64,000 bases of DNA, from the NCBI GenBank assembly GCA_963819815.1, contig CAWFXL010000001.1:64001-128000 (forward strand). The letters are read 5' to 3'. Both the position numbers and the translations under genes were made by a program. Shown here in pieces: positions 1 through 9,427 of the stretch. This DNA comes from an uncultured bacterium (GTDB taxonomy: Bacteria > Babelota > Babeliae > Babelales > Babelaceae). The notes beneath the pieces were generated by a model. The model was not told the origin of the DNA, made no database searches, and worked only from the letters and a program-made list of their open reading frames with translations. Each line of letters begins with the position of its first letter. The stretch's first letter is position 1.

Positions 1-494
1 ATGCATTCTGAAGGAACCTCCTGGACCGCAATAACGCTCGCTTTTTCTTGGCGGGCAATTCGTATGAGCTGACTTAAAGCAGGTAGTTTTCCAAAAATAA
101 GATCGTCAGGATGGGCTACAGCGAAGTATTCTTTATGAATACAGTTGCGGGCAAGCCATATGGCATGGGCAGTTCCAAGCGGCTCATACTGTGCAATTTC
201 AGTGATTTGTAGTGAGCGACTTACTTTTTCAAGGGCACTTAATTGTTCAGACAGATCAGCGTCCTTAAGCTGATGCTCTACGGAACCTGGATTGAAGTGA
301 TCGAGCATCATGCCTTTTCTTTGCGAAGAAATAAGGATGAGATTGAGAAGTTCCGAGGCAAGTGCTTCTTCAGCAATATGCTGTAATGCTGGCTTGCGTA
401 AAATAGGCAGCATTTCTCGTGGAACTGATTTGCTATAGGGAAGAAAGCGTTCTCCCGTTCCTGCCGCTGGTACGATAACTTTACAGATCTCCAT
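1..494 (-). CDS. galU: UTP--glucose-1-phosphate uridylyltransferase family protein, 3' end runs off the window (not in ORF track)
   Basis: Manual translation from ATG at 494: MEICKVIVPAAGTGERFLPYSKSVPREMLPILRKPALQHIAEEA...QYEPLGTAHAIWLA...AHPDDL; matches GalU motifs. Confidence 0.85.
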   Translation of the reverse strand, partial: MEICKVIVPAAGTGERFLPYSKSVPREMLPILRKPALQHIAEEALASELLNLILISSQRKGMMLDHFNPGSVEHQLKDADLSEQLSALEKVSRSLQITEIAQYEPLGTAHAIWLARNCIHKEYFAVAHPDDLIFGKLPALSQLIRIARQEKASVIAVQEVPSEC

Positions 495-506
495 AGATAC
501 TTTCCT

Positions 507-1541
507 TTAAAATTGTGTAAGAAAATCCAGTTTATTTGAATGTAATAATCTAATATCAGTAATTCCATACTTAAGCATGACAAGACGGGTCAGCCCAAGA
601 CCAAAGGCAAAGCCGCTATATATTTCTGGATCTAGATCGCAGGCTCGTAATACATTGGGATGGGTAAGTCCAGCACCGCCGATTTCGATCCATCGACTTC
701 GCTTGCAGACAGAGCATCCTGCTGTACAGAACGGGCAGCTCATATCAAATTCTATCCCCGGTTCTACAAAGGGGAAATAGCTTGGCCGTATCTGGATCGT
801 CAGATCCTTTTTTTCAAAGAGCGTTTGAAGAAATGTTTCCATCGTTGCTATTAAATGAGCTAAAGAGACCCCTTTATCAACATACAGTCCTTCAAGTTGC
901 ATGAACATAAAATCATGCGAAGCATCTGTCGCCTCATTTCGGTAAGCGCGCCCAGGTACGGCAATTGCAATCGGCGGCTTTTGCGACCTCATAGTATGAA
1001 TCTCAACTGATGAGGTATGTGTGCGCATGACATGCGAAGGGAAATTTAACCAGAAGGTATCTTGCATATCTCGAGCAGGGTGACCAGCAGGGATATTCAG
1101 TGCCTCAAAATTATAATATTCTGTTTCAAGTTCAGGTCCGTCGACGATATCAAATCCCATACTTATAAAAATATCTTCTACACGTTCAACAACGTGTGTA
1201 TAGGGATGAAGGGATCCCATCTGCTGTAGGGGTTTATATGCGGTGACGTCAAAGTTTTTACTTCGAAGTTGTTCAAGATGAATACGTTCATCAACGAATT
1301 TCTGCTCGCGAGCTTTATAGGCCTGTTGTAGGGATTCCTTGAGTGTATTGACGAGCGGTCCTACGATTTTTTTTTCTTCAGTATCGAGTGATTTAAGACG
1401 GTGCACAAAATCTTGCAGCAAGCCTTGACGGCTGAGATGCTTGATTCGAAACGTTTCTAATTCATCTAAACTTCTTACCAAGGAAAGCTCTTCAAAAAAA
1501 GCATTTTCATAGAGCTCAAGCTGGGACGACATTGTTGACAT
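507..1541 (-). CDS. pheS: Phenylalanine--tRNA ligase alpha subunit (start uncertain: 1532/1541/1562)
   Basis: HPARDMQDTF, RTHTS, FPFVEPG, GFAFGLGLTRL motifs. Confidence 0.97.
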   Translation of the reverse strand: MSTMSSQLELYENAFFEELSLVRSLDELETFRIKHLSRQGLLQDFVHRLKSLDTEEKKIVGPLVNTLKESLQQAYKAREQKFVDERIHLEQLRSKNFDVTAYKPLQQMGSLHPYTHVVERVEDIFISMGFDIVDGPELETEYYNFEALNIPAGHPARDMQDTFWLNFPSHVMRTHTSSVEIHTMRSQKPPIAIAVPGRAYRNEATDASHDFMFMQLEGLYVDKGVSLAHLIATMETFLQTLFEKKDLTIQIRPSYFPFVEPGIEFDMSCPFCTAGCSVCKRSRWIEIGGAGLTHPNVLRACDLDPEIYSGFAFGLGLTRLVMLKYGITDIRLLHSNKLDFLTQF

Positions 1542-1819
1542 TGTTACAACCTTGGTTATCAATTATTCACCAGCTCTAATCCTACCAGAGAGAGCTCTAC
1601 TTGGCAATGTATATGCGCATAGCAAAGTTTCCAAGGTTGAATGCGGATATATTTTTAATAACTCTGAGCGTATGAGCTCAGAGATCAGGTTTTGACAGGT
1701 GTTTGGTAACCTTAAGGAGAAGTGTCGCATCAAAATGAGGGACTTGCGCTTGGTTGGAAAGCTTGATGAGTTCAGGACTTAGTGGGATAAGCAACTGTTA
1801 TCCTGAAGTTTGTAAGATG

Positions 1820-2947
1820 CTAACTCTTAAACAAAGAGGCATATATTCCATAGCCTTCTTTCTCAAGATCAGCAGCAGGTATAAAGCGCAAAGCAGCAGA
1901 ATTCATACAATAACGTAATCCTGTTGGTGGTGGTCCGTCAGGGAATACGTGTCCAAGGTGTGAATTGGCATGCTTACTCAATACTTCAGTACGAGTAGTA
2001 AACCATCCATTGTCTTCTCGCTCGATAATATTTGCTTTCTCAAGAGGTTTGGTAAAGCTTGGCCAGCCGGTGTGGGCATCATATTTATCAAGAGAACTAA
2101 AAAGAGGCTCCCCAGAGACGATATCAACATAGATGCCTGGACGCTTGTTATCCCAGTACTCATTTTTGTATGCAGGTTCGGTCCCCTTTTGCTGGGTCAC
2201 TTTATATTGCAGAGGAGTGAGCTTTTTTCTCAGTTCTGCATCAGAGGGTTTTTGATAGGTTGAGTGCGATGATACTGCATCTTTGAGAACTGTAGATTGG
2301 ACCGTGAAGTTTGAGGGCTTACTCCAGGCTTTGGTAAGAAATGCATCTCGTCCGGAGCGGTATCTAAAGAACTTATAGCGTATAGGATTCTTTTTATAGT
2401 AGTCCTGATGGTACTCTTCAGCAGGGTAAAAGATGCTCGCAGGTAAGATTTCCGTTACAATGGGCTTATCAAATTGATGGGATCCTTGAAGGGCCTCTTT
2501 AGAAGCTTGGGCCTCTTTCTTTTGCTCCTCAGAAGCATAGAAGATTGCAGATCGATATTGAGGACCGCGGTCGACAAATTGTCCTTGAGCATCGGTTGGG
2601 TCGATATTATGCCAAAATACTTCAAGCAGTTTTCCGTAGGAAATGGCCTGAGGGTCATAGGTTACCTGTACAACTTCGATATGTCCTTTTTGTGCATAAT
2701 CCTCATAAGTAGGATGGGAGCCAGAACCGCCCATGTATCCAGATACCACGCTTTGTACCCCATTAAGGGTATCAAAAGGGTGAACCATACACCAGAAGCA
2801 TCCGCCTGCAAATGTGGCTTTTTCTGTTTTCATTGAGGAACCTTTCTTGTTGAGGGACGTATGCATAGGTTTTTGAGCTTTCCCTATATAGAGATAGCCA
2901 AATAGGAGAGTAGCTAGGCCTAGTACTACGATGATACTTTTTTCCAT
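1820..2947 (-). CDS. msrAB: Bifunctional methionine sulfoxide reductase MsrA/MsrB with N-terminal membrane/signal segment
   Basis: AGGCFWC (MsrA); GWPSF, HLGHVF, RYCMNS (MsrB); hydrophobic N-terminus. Confidence 0.95.
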   Translation of the reverse strand: MEKSIIVVLGLATLLFGYLYIGKAQKPMHTSLNKKGSSMKTEKATFAGGCFWCMVHPFDTLNGVQSVVSGYMGGSGSHPTYEDYAQKGHIEVVQVTYDPQAISYGKLLEVFWHNIDPTDAQGQFVDRGPQYRSAIFYASEEQKKEAQASKEALQGSHQFDKPIVTEILPASIFYPAEEYHQDYYKKNPIRYKFFRYRSGRDAFLTKAWSKPSNFTVQSTVLKDAVSSHSTYQKPSDAELRKKLTPLQYKVTQQKGTEPAYKNEYWDNKRPGIYVDIVSGEPLFSSLDKYDAHTGWPSFTKPLEKANIIEREDNGWFTTRTEVLSKHANSHLGHVFPDGPPPTGLRYCMNSAALRFIPAADLEKEGYGIYASLFKS

Positions 2948-3000
2948 AAAGATATTTTCGAAAGAGGTTTAAAAAAGCGTAACAAAGTTGAATTTCGAAA

Positions 3001-3034
3001 GGTAGTTGGAAACGCCAAAGCGTTTCCGACTATC
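3001..3034 (-). terminator. Hairpin/intrinsic terminator downstream of the 3060..3584 gene
   Basis: GTAGTTGGAAACGC-CAAA-GCGTTTCCGACTAT inverted repeat. Confidence 0.6.
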
Positions 3035-3059
3035 CGAGCTTATACTATTACAGCTCTAT

Positions 3060-3584
3060 TTATTGAATTATGTACTTTGTGGATTCAGTAGCCTTGTCCA
3101 AATCTGTGATAATCCGCCCGTACGTCTTAGCTTCTGAACCGAGTACCGAGTGTTCACTGCCAAAGTACCTTTGTATTACTTTAACGTATGAGTCTCCAAA
3201 CGCATGAAGAAATCGGGCTTTATCAGAGTCATTGCCAAACAGAAGCAACATATGAAGATACAATAATGAAGAGGCTGCCGCCTCAAGTTCTCTGTTGCTA
3301 GGATTCGGTTCTTTAGCAATCTTTTCTGCCTTATTAATTATATCTCCAGCGGCGTTTGCGAGTTCGGCTGATATTTTCTCGAAATATTGTGGGTTGCTTT
3401 TGAAGAATAATGCTTCGTCTCGTAATTCGTGAGAGCTAGGCCAATTGAAATGATTCAAATAAGAATAGGTTATTTGATTAATTAAGTTCTTTGCGTCCTC
3501 TTCAGCAAGCACTGCTTGGGCGGCTGAGAGCGAGCATGAAACAATAACTGATAGTAAAACACTTGCTATATAGTGATTTTTCAT
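3060..3584 (-). CDS. Secreted hypothetical helical protein
   Basis: 174-aa ORF, Sec-type signal peptide, GAGGAG SD upstream. Confidence 0.75.
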   Translation of the reverse strand: MKNHYIASVLLSVIVSCSLSAAQAVLAEEDAKNLINQITYSYLNHFNWPSSHELRDEALFFKSNPQYFEKISAELANAAGDIINKAEKIAKEPNPSNRELEAAASSLLYLHMLLLFGNDSDKARFLHAFGDSYVKVIQRYFGSEHSVLGSEAKTYGRIITDLDKATESTKYIIQ

Positions 3585-3999
3585 GGGGGAATCTCCTCGT
3601 TAAGTTATTATGGCCAATATAAAATCGCATATTGGCTTTGTAGACCTATTCTTAATCATACAGTATATCGACAATTTATGCAATAATTACATAAATTTTT
3701 TTTATAAACATTTCTATTCGTCGTGGCCTCGTCAGGTCTAGTTGCAATGGTATTCTCATTACACATAGGCTAAGGACTTGCAGGTACGCCTATGCGGCCT
3801 ACTAACTGATATAATTGCTTTTAAAGGAGGTTGAAATATATGGTATTGGGTGATCACTCTTAAAAAAAGCCGTTGCAGCAGAAGTGCAATAAAAGTTTGA
3901 TGTTTTTTTTGGATTTACGGAAGCGATAGAATATGAATTGCAAAGTGTGCAATCGGCACTAGATCTCATTATTGTTGACCGTAAAGAAGGTTTAGAAAG

Positions 4000-4027
4000 T
4001 TGACAAAAAGGCGCAAGAGGGTAATCT
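4000..4027 (+). promoter_or_regulatory. Sigma70-like promoter of tRNA-Phe
   Basis: TTGACA-N16-TAATCT ending 10 bp before the tRNA. Confidence 0.55.
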
Positions 4028-4037
4028 ACCTATATAC

Positions 4038-4112
4038 GCCGAGGTAGCTCAGTGGTAGAGCAGAAGCCTGAAGAGCTTCGTGTCGATGGTTCGATTCCGT
4101 CTCTCGGCACCA
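4038..4112 (+). tRNA. tRNA-Phe(GAA)
   Basis: Cloverleaf GCCGAGG/TCTCGGC, anticodon arm GAAGC-CTGAAGA-GCTTC, TTCGA loop, encoded CCA. Confidence 0.97.
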
Positions 4113-4120
4113 AAATATAA

Positions 4121-4153
4121 CGATCTCCTGTGATTCACAGGAGATCGCTTTTT
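4121..4153 (+). terminator. Intrinsic terminator after tRNA-Phe
   Basis: CGATCTCCTGTG-ATT-CACAGGAGATCG followed by a T run. Confidence 0.8.
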
Positions 4154-4203
4154 AAAAAAGGGGGAAGGTGATGCTTCTAAAATTTTTTACAAGGAAAAAA
4201 TCA

Positions 4204-4237
4204 CCTTATCTGGCCCGTGCACTGCACGGGCCTAAGG
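4204..4237 (-). terminator. Terminator after the small Cys-rich gene
   Basis: GGCCCGTGC-ACT-GCACGGGCC hairpin just past the stop codon. Confidence 0.7.
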
Positions 4238-4241
4238 ATAC

Positions 4242-4421
4242 TTAGTTACAGCAGCTTGAACAGCTAGAGCAACTATCGCAACCACAATCGTTACCACAAT
4301 CATTATAGTTGTAATTATAGCAGCTGTTACAACATCCGCCGCCTCTTCCAAAGAAACCAAATGCTGTAGTTGGAACTATCAAAGCTGCGCCAAGCGCAAT
4401 TAGGGTCAATACTTTTTTCAT
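4242..4421 (-). CDS. Small secreted cysteine-rich peptide, 59 aa with 10 Cys (not in ORF track)
   Basis: MKKVLTLIALGAALIVPTTAFGFFGRGGGCCNSCYNYNYNDCGNDCGCDSCSSCSSCCN*; AAGGA SD, signal peptide and downstream terminator. Confidence 0.85.
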   Translation of the reverse strand: MKKVLTLIALGAALIVPTTAFGFFGRGGGCCNSCYNYNYNDCGNDCGCDSCSSCSSCCN

Positions 4422-4564
4422 GGTATATCCTTTTATTTTGGGTTTTACTTGTATTACTACTATACCTATCTTAGAATATTTCTTTTCTAATTGTCAATAA
4501 TTATGGCAAAAAGAATACCATGCGGCCTTAGGGTCACATAGTATCCTTTTATGGAATAGTTATC

Positions 4565-5053
4565 TTAAATCGTGTCGAGCGCTTCTTCCATAGGTTGGGT
4601 AGGTGCGGCCGGTTTTGCTGGACCTGCTGGTGCAGGAACTCCTGTTTCTGCTAGAAAAGAGCCATTTTCATCAAAGGTTTCATACCCGTTTCCTTGAAGG
4701 CATGGCGCAGGCTCACAAGGAGGCGCTATAGGTGGGCAGCAAGCTGGACGTGGTCTGCAGCAGCGCAGACGTGGACAGCAGGTACGTTTCGGTCTGCATT
4801 TGGGCCTACATTTACGAGCTCTTGGACCGCAGCAGTTACGCCAGCGTTGAGAACCGGTATATCTTCGACCACCACATTCTTGTTGTGGGCAACATGATCG
4901 TTCGCTATACGTTCTTGGGCAACATGAATATGGCTTTTCGCAGCCGCTTTGAGTGCAGCAGCTGCTTGACTCTGAGGTATACATCACGTCTTGTGCCAAT
5001 ACGCTTGCTTGGGCGATCATCGTAAAGAGGAGTGTGATAATTTTTTTGTTCAT
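4565..5053 (-). CDS. Secreted Cys/Arg/Pro-rich protein, 162 aa with 20 Cys
   Basis: Signal peptide ...ASVLA|QD, seven CC pairs, AAGGA SD. Confidence 0.8.
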   Translation of the reverse strand: MNKKIITLLFTMIAQASVLAQDVMYTSESSSCCTQSGCEKPYSCCPRTYSERSCCPQQECGGRRYTGSQRWRNCCGPRARKCRPKCRPKRTCCPRLRCCRPRPACCPPIAPPCEPAPCLQGNGYETFDENGSFLAETGVPAPAGPAKPAAPTQPMEEALDTI

Positions 5054-5194
5054 GAGTATTCCTTTTATGAATAACTTCTAATTGTACGATACTAGCCAAA
5101 CTACTAGTTCTAGCTTACCTAAAGGTAAAGAAACAAATCAAGATTTGACTTATATTACAAATGGAATAATTGGGGGGCTATCTAGAAGATACTC

Positions 5195-5425
5195 TTAGAA
5201 TCGATGCTTAGAGTAACGCTTTCGACGAGCACGGGCTAGAAGAGCGGTAAGGGGGGTGCAGGACAGGACCCTTCGGAAAATAAGAGGAATAGCTTTATAC
5301 AGAGGAAAGTCTTGAAGCATAAGACGAGCATATTTTGTGCAAGACAATTTATAGCGGCAGCATCCAGGTGGCCCAACTAGTGGCCGTAAAAGCGTTATGA
5401 ATGCAACTATTAGAATCCGCAACAT
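5195..5425 (-). CDS. yidD: Membrane protein insertion efficiency factor YidD (start re-assigned to MLRILIV)
   Basis: CCRYKLSCTKYA...RRVLSCTP motif; follows rnpA. Confidence 0.85.
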   Translation of the reverse strand: MLRILIVAFITLLRPLVGPPGCCRYKLSCTKYARLMLQDFPLYKAIPLIFRRVLSCTPLTALLARARRKRYSKHRF

Positions 5426-5459
5426 GAGTATTTCCTCGATAGTAGTAATATTAGTATAG

Positions 5460-5828
5460 CTACTTCGAAGGTACACTTCTAGAGGGTAATTTTCTTGATG
5501 CTTCAAAAAGGATGGCCTTGAGGTCTTCAAAAGAGAGATCTGCAGATCCTTTTCGAGAATACACAACAAAATCGTATGAGTAATTAAAAATTTTCTCTTC
5601 CCGGAAAATAGCTTTAAGCCGGCGCCTCAAGAGATTGCGCTGGGGGGCGTTACCTATTTTCCTTGGGGTAATTATAAGAATTCGTCCCGGTAGGCGGGAC
5701 GAATCTGAATCTCGTGGTCGTGAACGTATGTCGAGCTCATCTTGTCTGTGAATAAGATGTGCAGATCGTAGCAGAAGTCTTCGTTCTGGAGGCGTTAATC
5801 GAAAAGGAGATTGAATATCCTTAGGCAT
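5460..5828 (-). CDS. rnpA: Ribonuclease P protein component
   Basis: [17 protein letters not shown] (RNR-like motif); position after rpmH. Confidence 0.9.
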   Translation of the reverse strand: MPKDIQSPFRLTPPERRLLLRSAHLIHRQDELDIRSRPRDSDSSRLPGRILIITPRKIGNAPQRNLLRRRLKAIFREEKIFNYSYDFVVYSRKGSADLSFEDLKAILFEASRKLPSRSVPSK

Positions 5829-5961
5829 GCACGGCTAAACGTTTTCTGCTTTTTGCACGACGGCGGTTAATAATCTTTCTTCCATCATGTGTTGACATAC
5901 GATGGAGGAATCCGTGTTTTCTATTTCTTTTTTTGCGCTTGAGCTTAAACGTTATTGACAT
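5821..5961 (-). CDS. rpmH: 50S ribosomal protein L34, 46 aa (not in ORF track)
   Basis: [46 protein letters not shown]. Confidence 0.95.
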   Translation of the reverse strand: MSITFKLKRKKRNRKHGFLHRMSTHDGRKIINRRRAKSRKRLAVHA

Positions 5962-6146
5962 AGTGGTTCCTTAATTGTTTGTGCTTCTTATCCTAGTGTA
6001 TAGCATTGTGAAATTTTTTCAAAATATCGGAAAAGGTACGTCATCAGCTGGCTTACCTTAGCATGAAATAGATCTTTCTTCAAAGCTCGTAGTTTTTGCA
6101 TGCGAGTATGTGCTTCATCTACGTTTCTTTGTCGTTATGTGCATAC

Positions 6147-7889
6147 TCATAATGAGCCTGTATGGCCTAAGAACCAATCTGCTACCCCGAAAACAAAGGA
6201 CGTGGTTAGCTCTGCATTAGAGCATGTGCCTTGCACTATTGACACACTTCGATCCCAACATTGTTGGGGGTTTATTTTTCTTGCAGTATATTTCTGAAGC
6301 ACTCCCCAGATTTCTTCAATATGATCTTGATCGAGTGATGCTATATTTTGTAAAATATGAGCAGTTTCGATCTTACAGATCACGATCTTTCCATTTGAAA
6401 GGCCGAGAACTACTGTATCTCCGTCAATTGTGCCTATCACAGAAATTCCTGCTCCATGGTGTGTGCATCCTAGTTGTGTACCCGAGGTATCCAAGATACT
6501 GAGCGTGCCATCTAAAGAGCCTATGACTATCTTATTATTGAAAACATGGAGGCTCGAAATCGAACTTTTTCGTTTACTAGCAAGCAAAGTGGCGGATGCA
6601 TCCCAGAAGCAGAGCTCCCCCCTATGAGCAGCAGAAACAATGATACCGTCGTTTGTCGTTACAATTGAATTAATAGAGCAACCTTCAGGTGGTGCATTAC
6701 CTTTACTTCGTTTATTGTCCAAGGTATTCCATATAGTCACTCCATGCGCAGTTGTAACAATCTTTGAATATTCTATTATGTTATAATCAACGGCAGCTGT
6801 TACTACCTTTCCGTCATTCATAATACCCATTGCACTAATATGCTTACTAGAAGTATCCTCGGCTAGCAGTTGGCCTTGTATATCCCAGATGTGAATTGTG
6901 CCATCGAGAGTGTATGCAACTATCCTATTATCACCGGTACATTGTACGCAAATGATTGCCTGCACACGTCCACCCTGACATATAATACCATCAGTGGCTC
7001 CTATCTTCCAAATGCGCACGAGCCCATCATAAAATCCCATAACTATCTTATTATCTGGACCGGCACAAATGGAAGAGAGCCCAGGCGTTGCCTTGGAAAA
7101 GATATTGTGCCCTTGCGTATCCCAGATATCTAATGAAGCAGTGCAAGCGACGACAATGTTATTGTCTGATGTTACACACATAGATTCGATATCTGTGCTA
7201 TGAAGGCATTCAGCAATAAGCATACCTTCCATATTCCAAATTCGAATGGTTCGATTATCAGAAGAACGTGTGACTATCTTATTGTCGTGAGTAACGCATA
7301 CTTGACTGACATCTTTATGGGCTTGCCACTGAGCTACCGTACGAATCGAAAGAGTCTCTTTGTTCAATAACGTAGCAAGTTTAGAGACTTGATCATTAAC
7401 GAGAGAAGTACTCAATTGGCTTGGAAGCGCTTTAATGTTCTGTGTAGAAATTTTATCGGGTGTAAGCTTTCTTACCATCTCATGAGCTATCTTAGCAAGA
7501 ATGGGAATATCTAAGTAATCTACCGCCTGTAAGAACTCAACGAGGGTGTCTCCGTCAAGGTCTTGTAATCCTCTTTTGATTTCCTCGATTATCGCAGAAT
7601 CATCTTGCTTTGTATGTATGTACACATTGCCTAATTGCTGAGCAATCAACTCACCGATCTTTTTTGATACCCTCGGCAAATCTAACGTATCAAGATCCAT
7701 CTCCACAAGCGTTCTACATCCCTGTATAAGCAGTGCATGATGGCGTGGGATTTTTATGGGTTCTTGAGATTCACCCAGCAATAGAATTATTTCTTCTTGC
7801 GTAGTAGATGCAGCATTTTGTGCAACAGTAGTCATGGCATGTATATGAAGATTCCATGCGAGTAGTCCAAAAATAAGAACTGTTTTCAT
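6147..7889 (-). CDS. Secreted Skp1/BTB-like + WD40-repeat protein (candidate effector)
   Basis: Signal peptide; LVEFLQAVDYLDIPIL Skp1-like helix; repeated TIRIWN/LDIWD/VRIWK/TIHIWD/LCFWD. Confidence 0.8.
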   Translation of the reverse strand: MKTVLIFGLLAWNLHIHAMTTVAQNAASTTQEEIILLLGESQEPIKIPRHHALLIQGCRTLVEMDLDTLDLPRVSKKIGELIAQQLGNVYIHTKQDDSAIIEEIKRGLQDLDGDTLVEFLQAVDYLDIPILAKIAHEMVRKLTPDKISTQNIKALPSQLSTSLVNDQVSKLATLLNKETLSIRTVAQWQAHKDVSQVCVTHDNKIVTRSSDNRTIRIWNMEGMLIAECLHSTDIESMCVTSDNNIVVACTASLDIWDTQGHNIFSKATPGLSSICAGPDNKIVMGFYDGLVRIWKIGATDGIICQGGRVQAIICVQCTGDNRIVAYTLDGTIHIWDIQGQLLAEDTSSKHISAMGIMNDGKVVTAAVDYNIIEYSKIVTTAHGVTIWNTLDNKRSKGNAPPEGCSINSIVTTNDGIIVSAAHRGELCFWDASATLLASKRKSSISSLHVFNNKIVIGSLDGTLSILDTSGTQLGCTHHGAGISVIGTIDGDTVVLGLSNGKIVICKIETAHILQNIASLDQDHIEEIWGVLQKYTARKINPQQCWDRSVSIVQGTCSNAELTTSFVFGVADWFLGHTGSL

Positions 7890-8209
7890 ATTTTTTGCCT
7901 TTCTATAAACAACTTATGTCATTATTAGAGTATCGCATTGAAAAATTCTGTCAAATTGAAAATTAAATAAAAAGAGTAAGAGAATCGTTAGATCTTAATT
8001 GCTCTATCATGAAACCTGTGATTTTATCGAGTTATAGGTGTAGAGCAAAGAAGAGAAGCTTTATAAGCTACCTATTAAGAAAAAAGACTACCCTAGGTAC
8101 TGAATGACGAACCATAGAGCATTTAAGGGAAGTCGTGCGACGAATCAGCAATGACTTAGCGTTATTTCAAGGAAATAGATTAACTAAAAAGTTATCTGGC
8201 AGCCAATTT

Positions 8210-9270
8210 TCAATGTTTTTCTAGGGCCTGTGGTTGATCAACTAGGTTCTTTTTAGAATCTTTATTGCTCATATAATAGTACAAGAGCCCTGCGCTAGCG
8301 ACGAGTGCTGTAACTCCCAGAGTCTTACCCATCGACCATTTGGCCTTCTTGTCATCGTTATTAGATTTGGGAGGGGATTCCAGGATTGGATTTGGTTTTG
8401 TCAGAGTTGCATTTGAGATCTTAAAAAGATTTGACACGTCATCTCTCTTGAGAGCATCAATTCTTTGAGCTAGTGTTCTTGTTTTAGAAGCATCATAGTA
8501 AATTGTGCGCACATCGGCTTTGACAAAGTCTTGCCATTCTTTTAGATCTGCAAATAACGTTGGATCGTTTTCATAGGCCTTAAATAACGTTACCGATACT
8601 GAATGCTTGTTTGAGCGGGAATACTGTGCAAGTTTTGCAAAGTCTAAAGCCTTTTTTCTAAGTTCATTCATACTTTTGGTCTTATCTTTACCGGTTGAAT
8701 CATCGGTTGGTTTGGAGACGTGGACATCCGCCAAGCTGCGTAGGGCACCAAATACTGCAGCCAATACTCCTTTCTTTTGAGCCTTCTCGCTCATGCTTAA
8801 ATGCTCTGCAATACGATCACCAATGGTCTTGCCCGGATTCTCAGTATCATAGTCTGTACTATCTATATCTCCTGGATCGTAGAAATTAAGATAACGTCCA
8901 ATATCAAGCCAATCTTTAAGGTACCAAAGTGCCATTGAATCTTCTTCGTAGGCTCTATATAAGGTTCGAATAACCGCTCCCCGATCTGTTCGCCTACATT
9001 GCACAACTTGAGCAATAAAAAGAGCTTTTTGTGTATTAGTGAGCAAAGCCTCATCAATGAGCTGCCCTACGGTCTTACCTGGCTCAATACAAAGTGTATC
9101 AACATCGCACATATTATTTATGAAATGATATTTGAAGCCTGTATAAGCATTGAAATCAACAAGAGCCTTTTCAAGATGTTCTTTAAAAGTAGGGTCAACC
9201 ATATTCATAGCTTGCGTCGATCCAAGGCCTGAGATCATGAGGATTGCAATTATAAGTTGTTTGAATGGCA
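8210..9270 (-). CDS. Secreted hypothetical protein with internal repeats and C-terminal transmembrane anchor (start re-assigned to MPFKQL)
   Basis: AAGGA SD before 9270, signal peptide, C-terminal TLGVTALVASAGLLYYYM. Confidence 0.7.
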
Positions 9271-9427
9271 TACTATTCCTTAGCGCACGTGTAAGTGTAT
9301 CTTTTTCAATTGTATTTCCAGTTATTACCATAGCATGAAAAAAGTCTCTCTTCAAAGCCCCTTGTTTTTGCTGAATACACATGTTTTGCGAAATGCAGGT
9401 TACTCGAGTTGCTGTAGTTGCAAGGCT

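Noticed and set aside
308..583. 91-aa minus-strand ORF in the track
   Set aside because: It overlaps galU and pheS in another frame; galU (ATG 494) explains the region.
1563..1819. T-box or pheS attenuator leader
   Set aside because: No T-box consensus or Phe-rich leader peptide found on the minus strand.
5426..5569. Long N-terminal extensions of track ORFs (yidD here; likewise frr, tig, dsbD, DUF4097, tolQ, AAA 32195, AbiEii 47064)
   Set aside because: They overlap neighbouring genes, tRNAs or promoters, and downstream ATGs with better SD or family-typical N-termini exist.
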